Positions 31,176-40,292 of a stretch of DNA of 64,000 bases are shown in pieces (the first letter of the stretch is position 1; each line of letters begins with the position of its first letter). The notes under the pieces are model-generated. The model saw only the letters and a program-made list of their open reading frames with translations, made no database searches and was not told where the DNA came from. The stretch is from contig CAXXOU010000004.1 of the NCBI GenBank assembly GCA_963677495.2, positions 608,001 through 672,000 on the forward strand, read 5' to 3'. This DNA comes from Candidatus Cloacimonadales bacterium. GTDB lineage: Bacteria > Cloacimonadota > Cloacimonadia > Cloacimonadales > JAFGVF01. The translations under genes were made by a program, and so were the position numbers.

Positions 31176-33865
31176 TTACTTTAAATCAGCTTTATACTGC
31201 TCTAAGTTCTTCTTGTCCTGTTCAAGTTGAAGCATAAATGGATTGATGTTAATATTATCTGCTTCAGCTTTGAGAGCATTAAGAAGTGCTTTTCCTTCTT
31301 CGAAATAACCATTCTGCCTTGTAAGGTTAAAGATGAACTTAGCCATTGCATTGTTAGGCTGAACCATCTTTATCATAGAGAGAGCATATCTGCTACCGAT
31401 TTCAGGTTGTCCACTATTCATGAAGATAATACAAGCATTTTGATAAGTATCTACATCTCTTGGACGCATCTTAAGCTCTTTTTCTACGTATTCAACCGCT
31501 TCTTTAAGCATACCGGCATCAGCATACATCTGAGCAAGACTCATATTGAACTGTTCCTTATCTTTGATAAAGTCCAATGCTCTTTCGAGATAGCCAATAG
31601 CTTTGTCTGCTTGATCTCTGTTATGATAGTATTGTGAGATGCGCATGAATGCAGCTCCATAGTTATTGATAAGTCTGGAAGCATTTTCATCTTTATAAAC
31701 ACTATCATCGAAGATTGAACGATATGAATAGACTTTATCAACATTCTCTACAATAGTTTCAAGATCAATTCGGTCTTTCCCCGGAGTAGGTACAACTCTA
31801 TCTACCATACCAACGTTTACAAGATTGTTCTCGAATCCTGAAACATCAGAGCATGTTACTGCAAAGTAGATAGGTCTTTTACCAAAGTTATCTTTCACTA
31901 TCTGTAAAACAGCTAAGTCTTTTATCTGGAGTCCACCTTTCTCTTTAGGGATCTTAATCTCAAAGCTAAACTCAGGGGACGGTCCGTTAATCTTCACATA
32001 AGCGTCTTGGTCCAGTCTCATTGGATAGAGTTTATCTAATGATGCATCCGGGATAGTGAAGTGTACACCCTCTTTGTCTCTAAGCTGTCTGATATACCAA
32101 GGTGTATTGAGCAGACTAAGGTTAGCTACTGTTACATCCTTTCTGATACCAAAACAATGCTTATCCTTGTATTCTTTAGCCTTATTAATCGCGTCCCAGG
32201 TAGCTTTGTCCGGTTTAACCATCGTCATCGGACGTATAAACTCTTTTGCATAAGGCTCTTCAACAGCTTGTGCATACCAAAGAGGGAATGTATCGTTATC
32301 TCCATTTGTAAATATAATAGCATTCTCTTCTAAAGAGTTTAGAAAGTTCTGACCATAATCAAGAGCTACAAACTCTTTTGATCTGTCATGTATCTTGTAT
32401 TGTGATGCCATGTTTAGAATAGGAAGAGCAACAACAATCGCAATAAGTGCAGTTCGTATAGCTTTATTCTTACCGAAGTTGGCAATAAGAGCAACTGAAC
32501 CCCAAGCCATCCAGAATGTCCAGAAGTTGTAAGCTGTTACAAAGAAATAATCTCTATCTCTAACCTCTGCATCAGAAAGGTTCATAATGAAGACCATAGC
32601 AAGTGAACCCATGAAGAAGAGCATGAAATAGTTTATGAATGAGTGTTTATTCTTTCTGAACTGGTCGTACATGCCGTAGACAGCAAGACCAAGAACTACA
32701 AATACATTAAAGAATGAATGAATGAGATTAGCAGGAATCTTTGTCCACGCAGAAAGTGTCTCAGCATTAAAGAACTGCCAACCGAAATATCTGGTGAAAT
32801 GATGTGTTAACTGATACCAGAAAGTAGCCCTTCTCACCATGAATGATGTGTTACCATACTGTCTACGAAGAACGTAATTAGTGAATAACTCAAGGTTATG
32901 TGGGTATCCTTCATTGATAAAAGGTCTGTCACCTGCTCTAACCATAATATAAATATGTGGTGTTAACGCTACGAGGATTAACCCAATTGTCAAAGCCACA
33001 AATCTCCAATCGAACTTCTTACGAAGTGATAGATAAAGAGCGAAAGTGAAGAGTATGAAGAACACATACTTACCAAGATCAGGGATGTGGACTTGCTGTC
33101 CAACCCCATTAAAGATATAATACGCTATTAATATGACTGCAGTACTAATTCCGGCAATAGTCCAGAATCTGGAACTCTTAACTCCGGTTCTAATATCCTT
33201 ATAAACACACATAATCAGCACAGCAGGTGCGATCTGAAGTGATGTTTGATGGATACAGAATCCCAGGAAGAAGAGATAGATAATCAAAAGTATGATATTC
33301 TGATTCTCATAGTCATCAGATCGTTCTATCCAAATCAATGTAAGCCAGACAATTATATTGATAAAGAAAGCAAGACCTGCATATACCTCAGCTTCGATTG
33401 AGTTCATCCAGAAAGTGAATGAGAAAGCTGTGTATAAAGCTGCAAGTGTTCCACCTAGGATGTTATGGAACTTGTTCTTATCAAACATACTTATAAACTT
33501 AACACTGAAAAGGTAGGTAAACATCACAGCTAGAGCTGAGAAAAGACCTGAGTACATGCTGGCAATTCTGGCTTGTGATAACGCAACCCCGAAGACTGCC
33601 GACATGAAACGTCCTAGGACAATATAAAATGGTTTCCGGGTGGATGTGGAACACCCAAAATTCTTATGCATGTTGCATATTCACCTGAATCCCAGAATGA
33701 CATTGTCTTTGCACCTGTTAAGATGTAGACAATAAAAGTTACGAGGAATATACTCAAAGCAACAATAGTATTCGTTTTAACGTCAACTATACGCTGAGGT
33801 ATATTCGCTGTGAAACTCTCAACTTTTTGAGTAGACTCAATAAATGAGTTAGCTTTTTTCTTCAT
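31176..33865 (-). pseudogene. DUF2723 / TMEM260-like membrane glycosyltransferase with C-terminal TPRs, split by a 1-bp deletion near 33632 (possibly a sequencing error)
   Basis: FWDSGEY, GVPHPPG, EAEVY, R.RDYFF, FTNGDNDTFPLWY motifs; adding one C restores HPPGNPFYIVLGR. Confidence 0.85.
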
Positions 33866-33883
33866 TATATCTCCCGAAAATTA

Positions 33884-34944
33884 TTAACCTTTAAGACCAC
33901 TGGAAGCGTAACTGGCAATAATGTTCTTTTGTGCAATCAAGAATAGTATAAGTAGTGGTAAAACACTAAATGTTGAAGCTGCCATCAACAAGGATGTTTG
34001 TGAGGAAGCTTCTTGTGAAAAGTAACTAAGACCAACCTGAAGCACACGAAGCTGTGGACTATTAGTCATCACAAGTGGCCACATGAAACTATTCCAACTA
34101 CCGATAACCGAAATATGGAAGCAGTTGCAATTACAGGCTTACTTAGTGGTAAGACGATTCTCCAGAGCATTCCGAATCTACTGCAACCATCGATTGAAGC
34201 AGCATCAAAGAGATCTTTCGGTAATGTTTTGAAGTGTTGTCTAAAGAGGAAAATTGTAAATATATTTGCCATCCAAGGCACAATCAATGCATAGTATGTA
34301 TCAATCCAACCCAGATAGTTAAGTATAAGGTAGGAAGGAATAAGATATATGGGTTGTGGAACCATCATCATACTAATGAACAGATAGAAGATGAAATCTT
34401 TGCCATAGAACTCCATTCTTGCAAAGGCATAAGCAGCAAGTGCTGAAGTGATAAGTACACCAATAAGTGTACAGAATGCTATGATAATTGTATTTAGGAA
34501 GTATCTGGCAAAAGGTACTTTCTGGAAGGCTGTCTTGTAGTTATCCCAATGAACTCTAAACTTCTTCACTGTTTTAACACTCTCAGGCTCAACTTTCAAG
34601 TACTCATTACTCTTGAAAGTAAAAGGCACATCTTTGCCACCTTCTTTAACTTGAACTGTAATCTCATGTTCATCTTGAAGGATGATGTTACCTGACTTAT
34701 CGAATAACGCTACAACTGTGCCATCTGCATCCTCTTTCACAACATTAGCAGCAAACTTCTTACCATCAGGTGCAGTGTATTCGGTATAATGGTCTAAAGC
34801 AAAAAAGCCAACGTTACCTTTATTCACTTCCTGTTGAGATTTAATTGATGTAGTCATCATCCAAAGGAATGGTACTACCATAAGGAAGCCACAGATAGCG
34901 AGAATAGTATACTTAATGATTGATCTTATTTTCTGTTCCATCAT
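33884..34944 (-). pseudogene. Carbohydrate ABC permease (MalG/UgpE type), split by a 1-bp deletion near 34112 (possibly a sequencing error)
   Basis: EAA-like DAASIDGC; adding one T restores IFSVIGSWNSFMWPL and joins the 291-aa and 66-aa ORFs. Confidence 0.88.
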
Positions 34945-34951
34945 TCCTCCT

Positions 34952-35887
34952 TTAATAGTGAACCTTTTTCTCAGTACGCTTCTGGAATAGAGTCAGACCA
35001 AGAATTATGAGGAACAGAACGAGTGCTACAGCACTTGCATAACTAAAGTCATTTTTATCAATACCTTGCTCAAATATATAGTAAACAATCAATTTTGTTG
35101 TTCCCTGAGGACCACCGATAGGAGGACCTGTCATCAGGTAAACCTGTGAGAAAGTTTGGAAAGTTGTAATAGTAGTCATCATCAACACATAAAATGTTGT
35201 TGGAGAGACCAGAGGGAGTGTAATGTTAAAGAACTGACGTCTTTTACTAGCTCCATCAATCTCTGCAGCTTCATAATATACATTGGAGATGTTCTGTAAA
35301 CCGGCTAAGTAGATAATTGTGTTGTATCCAAGGCTTTTCCAGATAGAAACCATAATAATACAGAAGAGTGCAAGTGAAGGTCCACCTGCCCAAGCCGGTA
35401 AATCAATACCAAAGTTCTGCATGAAAAGAGTGTTGATTCCTGTCGGTTCTGCAAGCCATTTCAAAGGTTCTAATCCAACCATACGGAATAAGTAATTAGC
35501 TAATCCACTCTGTTGGTTAAAGATAATCTTCCAGATGATGGAAACCGCAACTAACGAAGTTACAAATGGAATAAAATAAAGGGTACGGAAAAAAGATACA
35601 AACTTCTTAATACCATTTAACAATGTTGCAAAGGTGAGTGATAGTATAATACTCAATGGCACTACATAGATAACAACATAGAAAGTGTTTAGTAGTGATT
35701 GCCAGAAATATTTATCTGTAATAAGTCTCGAATAGTTTTGAATCCCAATAAATTCACCGGGTCCGGTAATCGACCAGTTAAAGAAACTCAAAATAAACGA
35801 AAGAATAATTGGTACAAACCTGAACGCTAATATTATTATAAAAGCCGGTAAGACATAAAGATAAGGCTTGAAGCTTTTTTTATTCAT
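34952..35887 (-). CDS. Carbohydrate ABC transporter permease (MalF/UgpA type)
   Basis: FIGIQNY, YEAAEIDGA EAA loop, ITLPL.SPT. Confidence 0.92.
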   Translation of the reverse strand: MNKKSFKPYLYVLPAFIIILAFRFVPIILSFILSFFNWSITGPGEFIGIQNYSRLITDKYFWQSLLNTFYVVIYVVPLSIILSLTFATLLNGIKKFVSFFRTLYFIPFVTSLVAVSIIWKIIFNQQSGLANYLFRMVGLEPLKWLAEPTGINTLFMQNFGIDLPAWAGGPSLALFCIIMVSIWKSLGYNTIIYLAGLQNISNVYYEAAEIDGASKRRQFFNITLPLVSPTTFYVLMMTTITTFQTFSQVYLMTGPPIGGPQGTTKLIVYYIFEQGIDKNDFSYASAVALVLFLIILGLTLFQKRTEKKVHY

Positions 35888-36143
35888 CTGATTTTTCCTG
35901 CATACTTTATTTAGTCTAACAAAAAATATGCCTGTTTCAAGGTGTCAAATTATATTTGTGTAAAGGTGGGAAGAAGAGATTAAAAGATAAGTCAATACTT
36001 CAACAGAAATCAACTAAAGCCACCCGAGAGACCCGGAAGTTGTGCGCCTTTCGGCTTACGAGCTCCTCCCGATGATCGTCGGTTCGACTTTGTCCATTCC
36101 ATTTCTCTTCATTCACTCCGCTCAGGGAGACATACACAGTGCA

Positions 36144-36224
36144 ATTTGCAATAACTTACCGCATTTCAGGGAGTTTATCGGCCTGATAAGGCTACGGACT
36201 TCCTAAAATGCACTCCGAAGTCGC
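36144..36224 (+). repeat. Dispersed hairpin module M2, copy 1
   Basis: 81-bp ungapped match to 56691-56771. Confidence 0.9.
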
Positions 36225-36236
36225 ATGTACCTGATT

Positions 36237-36277
36237 TCTTTCTCGCGTCACGCTATCGCTGCAACGCAAGTCCGAAA
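36237..36277 (+). repeat. Dispersed hairpin module M3
   Basis: ttctcgcgtcacgctatcgctgcaacgcaagtccga resembles 5204-5243 and 54030-54070. Confidence 0.75.
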
Positions 36278-36283
36278 GAGACA

Positions 36284-36453
36284 TACACAGTGCCTTTTTC
36301 AATAACTTAGCTATATTTATTGCCCTTTGTACTCGCTTTTACTGCACTATCTATCAACGCACTGTGTCTGCACTGCGCACGCACTGTGAAGGCACTGCTA
36401 ACCCACTGTTTCACTGGGTGCACAGTGCGTGCACAGTGGGAAAACAGTGGGAA
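36284..36453 (+). repeat. Element M1, copy 2
   Basis: Ungapped match to 9811-9980 and 56821-56990. Confidence 0.92.
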
Positions 36454-36681
36454 GACTTCGATTTGGTAAAGAGCTTACTCAAAGTTTGCGATATCGCAAA
36501 AGAGATACAACTGTAAGATGACCCAGGAAGAAGTGATTCACAACGAAGTGGGAATCGCTAATTCCGATTACTCTAAGTCAGGCTGTCAATGGCAGTGAGA
36601 AATGGTACACGATGGCAGTGAAAAGTGGTACAAAACTGCCAACCTTTAAAAATGACTACTTCAAGACAGTTTGGAGTAGGT

Positions 36682-38157
36682 ATGATTGGAGTAGAAGTGT
36701 ATCATTCAATAAAAACTATGCATAAGCAAGGGCATAGTCAGCGTAAGATCGCAGAGGAGTTGTCTCTATCAAAGACAACAGTAGGTAAATACATAAATAT
36801 GACACTTGATGAGTTCATGGAACTAATAAACAATAGCATTCGTGAAAGCAGTTTTGCCATATGTGAGCAATATGTCCGCGAAAGGCTTAGCAAATATCCA
36901 CGATTAAGAGCTAGTGTACTATATTTAGAAGTTAAGAAAAAGTTCCCTGAGATAAAAGCAAAAGACAGAGCTTTCCGAGATTTTGTTCGTAAGCTAAAGC
37001 AGACTTATCCTGTCGATAAATACCGTAATTATGCAGTAATCGAGACGGCTCCCGGTGTTCAGGTTCAAGTTGATCCAGGTGAGATGAAAGTAGTTTTGGG
37101 TAATAAACGTCAAAGAGTTTATTTTATAGTTTTTGTGCTTTCCCACTCGCGTCAAAGCTATGTCCATTGGAGCACAACACCATATAACACATCAAGGTTT
37201 ATTGAAGCTCATCGTGAAGCTTTTATCTATTTTGAAGGTATCCCTTCAGAGTGTGTTTACGACCAGACAAAGCTTGTAGTAATACAGGAACGCTATCGGG
37301 AAGTAATCTTAAATAATCAGTTCCATCAGTTTGCAGCAAAAACGGGCTTTCATCCTCATGTATGCGAAGGCTATGATCCACAAAGCAAGGGTAAAGTAGA
37401 GCGTAATGTCTCAGAAGTAAAGCATGGCTTTATGTATGGCAAAGAGTTCAAAGACCTGGCAGACCTGCGTTCACGCGGACTTGAGTGGCTTTTACACTTT
37501 AACGGCAGAACCCATGGCACAACCCGTAAAGTACCATCAGAAGTATGGCAAGAAGAGAGGTTAAAGCTAAAAGATATTCCAGAGTTTATCTTCACTTTAG
37601 AAGTTCGTAATGCAGATAAAACAGGCTTAATCTCGTATGAGGGTAATAAGTACTCTGTTCCATTAGAGTATCAGCGAAAACAGGTATATGTGCAAAAAGA
37701 AAAGAGCACTTTAGTGGTGATGGATATTTATACAAGAAAGGAAATCTGCCAACATGAGCTATGCACAGAAAAAGGCAAAATCATCAAAAACACTAATCAT
37801 TATCGGGATTTTACGGTAGTGCTACAAGAGCTTATTGAGCGAGTAAAGGATGAGATGAGTGAATATATCCAAGGAGAAGAACTAATCCAGAGGCTTGTTA
37901 ATGATAACCCTAAAATAGCAAGGGATCAGTTGAGAGCCTTAAGCAAGTTTAAGCGTAACTATGAAACAGATGTATGGGAGTCAGTGCTTCCTGAGGTAAT
38001 GACTCTTTCGCATGTAAAGGCAACAGCCATAGAGAAGCTTCTGAATGCAAAAGTAAGACAAATGAAGCTAAATGAATTATCAGAATCAGAACCACAACAA
38101 GACTCAGAGAGTTCATTAATAGAGCGCTCATTAGATGACTACATGAAGGTGTTATAA
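36682..38157 (+). CDS. istA: IS21 transposase IstA
   Basis: N-terminal HTH, PG.Q.QVD, YDQ, PQSKGKVER (DDE); ATG 36682 after GGAG. Confidence 0.95.
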   Translation: MIGVEVYHSIKTMHKQGHSQRKIAEELSLSKTTVGKYINMTLDEFMELINNSIRESSFAICEQYVRERLSKYPRLRASVLYLEVKKKFPEIKAKDRAFRDFVRKLKQTYPVDKYRNYAVIETAPGVQVQVDPGEMKVVLGNKRQRVYFIVFVLSHSRQSYVHWSTTPYNTSRFIEAHREAFIYFEGIPSECVYDQTKLVVIQERYREVILNNQFHQFAAKTGFHPHVCEGYDPQSKGKVERNVSEVKHGFMYGKEFKDLADLRSRGLEWLLHFNGRTHGTTRKVPSEVWQEERLKLKDIPEFIFTLEVRNADKTGLISYEGNKYSVPLEYQRKQVYVQKEKSTLVVMDIYTRKEICQHELCTEKGKIIKNTNHYRDFTVVLQELIERVKDEMSEYIQGEELIQRLVNDNPKIARDQLRALSKFKRNYETDVWESVLPEVMTLSHVKATAIEKLLNAKVRQMKLNELSESEPQQDSESSLIERSLDDYMKVL

Positions 38158-38158
38158 G

Positions 38159-38890
38159 ATGATAGAGATAACTAAAACATACATCAAAAGGGCTCGTTGT
38201 ACTCATATTTTGAATACTCTTGAAAGTGCAGTTTTAGAAGCAGAGAAACAGAATATGACTTATCTGGAGTTCGTACATTATCTATTTGAAAAAGAGAACT
38301 CAGGAAGGAATCAAACCAATATCAACAGAAGACTTAAACAGGCTCACATCCCGGTAATAAAGACCTTTGATGAGTTCGACTATGCTTATCAACAAGTAAT
38401 AACCAAAAGACAAGTAAAGGAGTGGAAGAACTTTGTCTGGCTGGAGCAGAGGAGGAATATAATTTTAATGGGACCTCCGGGAGTAGGTAAGACTCATGTT
38501 GCAACAGCACTCAGTTATGAAGCAATAAAGGCAGGCTATAAGGTGGTGTTTTATAATCTGAACAACCTTATCGAAGAACTTGTACTAGCTGAAGCAGATA
38601 ACAACATAGATAAATATCTAAGCAATATAGCCAAGAATGATCTGATAGTTATAGATGAGATGGGGTATCTTCCTCTCCAGACAAAGGCAGCTAATCTGTT
38701 CTTTAGACTCATCCATCTCTTATACGAATTTAGATCAGTAATCATAACATCGAATAGGTTGTTTAATGAATGGGGAGCTATTTTTAACGACAATGTGATA
38801 GCAACTGCTATTCTTGATAGATTACTCCATCACTCACAACCAATTACAATGCTCGGAGATAGCTTTAGACTAAGGAATTTTCAAAAATGA
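38159..38890 (+). CDS. istB: IS21 helper ATPase IstB
   Basis: GPPGVGKTH, IDEMGY, ITSN, AILDRLLHH. Confidence 0.96.
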   Translation: MIEITKTYIKRARCTHILNTLESAVLEAEKQNMTYLEFVHYLFEKENSGRNQTNINRRLKQAHIPVIKTFDEFDYAYQQVITKRQVKEWKNFVWLEQRRNIILMGPPGVGKTHVATALSYEAIKAGYKVVFYNLNNLIEELVLAEADNNIDKYLSNIAKNDLIVIDEMGYLPLQTKAANLFFRLIHLLYEFRSVIITSNRLFNEWGAIFNDNVIATAILDRLLHHSQPITMLGDSFRLRNFQK

Positions 38891-39083
38891 AGACTGTACC
38901 ATTTTTAAATGCCAAACTGTACCAATTTAAAATGCCATTGACAGTCAGGCTCGTTCTCGTCACAAGAAACTTCACTTATCAGCTATGTGTTCAAAGGTAC
39001 TTAGTTATAACGCAAATTCGAAAAAAGATTTGACACTTACAAGTACTAATTGATGTTTAGAAACACCCTATGTATAGAGGGTT

Positions 39084-39099
39084 TGGAACGCGAATTGCA
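39084..39099 (+). promoter_or_regulatory. Sigma-54 (-24/-12) promoter candidate
   Basis: TGGAACGCGAATTGCA = GG-N10-GC, 35 bp before ATG 39134. Confidence 0.7.
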
Positions 39100-39133
39100 T
39101 ATAATTGAAAATATATAGTAAGTTGGAGGAATA

Positions 39134-40213
39134 ATGCGTAAATTGCTTTATTTATTAATTGTCTCATTGTTATTGGTTGCATGTGCGGAAGCTGGTGATC
39201 CTGTAACTACAGAACCGAATCCTGATAACGAAGTACTGCTTTGGAATCAGAACATTGCTATCAACGGATATGCAGAGGATATCAAAGCTTATGATGACTA
39301 CGTTTTAGTTGCTGAGGATAGAGCCGGTGTATCTGTAATTGATACTGAAACTCTTGATAGAACTTGGATAACATCACTCGCTAATGATACCGGTTCACAA
39401 GAACTTATAGATAATAATAATATCGCTCTAGTTCCTGAAAGAAATATCTTTGCCTTCTCAGAGTCTGATGAAGCTGATCAAGTCATATTTGCAAACATTG
39501 AAGATCTTAACAACCCATATTATGTTGGTTACACTCTGGGTGGTGTTTCAGCAGTTAGTGAGTTAACTGTAAAGTATGTAGAGGAAGTTATTCCTGATCA
39601 GATGGGACAAGCTGTACCGATATTTGAATATACTTTATCTTCAGGTAACTATATCAAAAAAGGTGAATATGGTTATTATTATATTGAAGGTATGGAACCG
39701 GATTATTTGAATCTTGGATTTAGTGTTGATATTAATGTTGAGAACAAGATTAATGGTTTTGATGAAGATGAAGACTATTACTATGTAGCATCAGGTCAAA
39801 GAGGTTTTAAGATTGTAGAAAAAACAGCAACATCCGGTAATGTAATTGCTGATGTTGATACACCCGGTGATACTCAGAAGTTAACTATTGTTGGTAATTA
39901 TCTGTATGTTGCATGTAGGCAGGAAGGTCTTTATGTGTATGATGTAACAGACAGAACAAATCCTGTTGCTGAACCTATTTATACTAAAAGCATTTCCGGT
40001 ATAGCAGTTGATATAGATTACGATGGCAATCATTTAGCTCTTGCTTGTTCAAGTGGTGGTGTATATCTCTTTGATGTTGAAGATCCTGCTAACCCATCTT
40101 ATATAGAAAAAGATTCATCTCACTACTCACATGCATACTGTGTTGCTGTTAAGGACAACAAAGTGTATGTTGGTGGTAGAGATATAGTAGCTGTTTACGC
40201 AATAGAACAATAG
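39134..40213 (+). CDS. LVIVD-repeat beta-propeller lipoprotein
   Basis: Lipobox LVAC; repeats such as YLYVAC..EGLYVYDVTD..NP. Confidence 0.85.
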   Translation: MRKLLYLLIVSLLLVACAEAGDPVTTEPNPDNEVLLWNQNIAINGYAEDIKAYDDYVLVAEDRAGVSVIDTETLDRTWITSLANDTGSQELIDNNNIALVPERNIFAFSESDEADQVIFANIEDLNNPYYVGYTLGGVSAVSELTVKYVEEVIPDQMGQAVPIFEYTLSSGNYIKKGEYGYYYIEGMEPDYLNLGFSVDINVENKINGFDEDEDYYYVASGQRGFKIVEKTATSGNVIADVDTPGDTQKLTIVGNYLYVACRQEGLYVYDVTDRTNPVAEPIYTKSISGIAVDIDYDGNHLALACSSGGVYLFDVEDPANPSYIEKDSSHYSHAYCVAVKDNKVYVGGRDIVAVYAIEQ

Positions 40214-40230
40214 AGAATAGATTGATTTTC

Positions 40231-40268
40231 AAATGGAGCTGTCGTGTATTCGGCAGACTCCATTTTTT
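40231..40268 (+). terminator. Intrinsic terminator
   Basis: aaatggag-ctgtcg...cggcag-a-ctccattttt. Confidence 0.65.
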
Positions 40269-40292
40269 ATATTAAAACAAACGGGAGTGACC

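Larger units (their letters stand above)
36584..38943 (+). mobile_element. IS21 family insertion sequence, 2360 bp, 7-bp target site duplication GTCAGGC
   Basis: Ends TGTCAATGGCA...TGCCATTGACA, two TGGCA-N-TGGTACA motifs at each end, gtcaggc at 36577-36583 and 38944-38950, istA-istB inside. Confidence 0.96.

Noticed and set aside
36133..36311. CRISPR array interpretation of the 28-bp direct repeat
   Set aside because: At most two repeats per locus, spacings of 141-151 bp, the intervening sequences are themselves repeated, and there are no cas genes.
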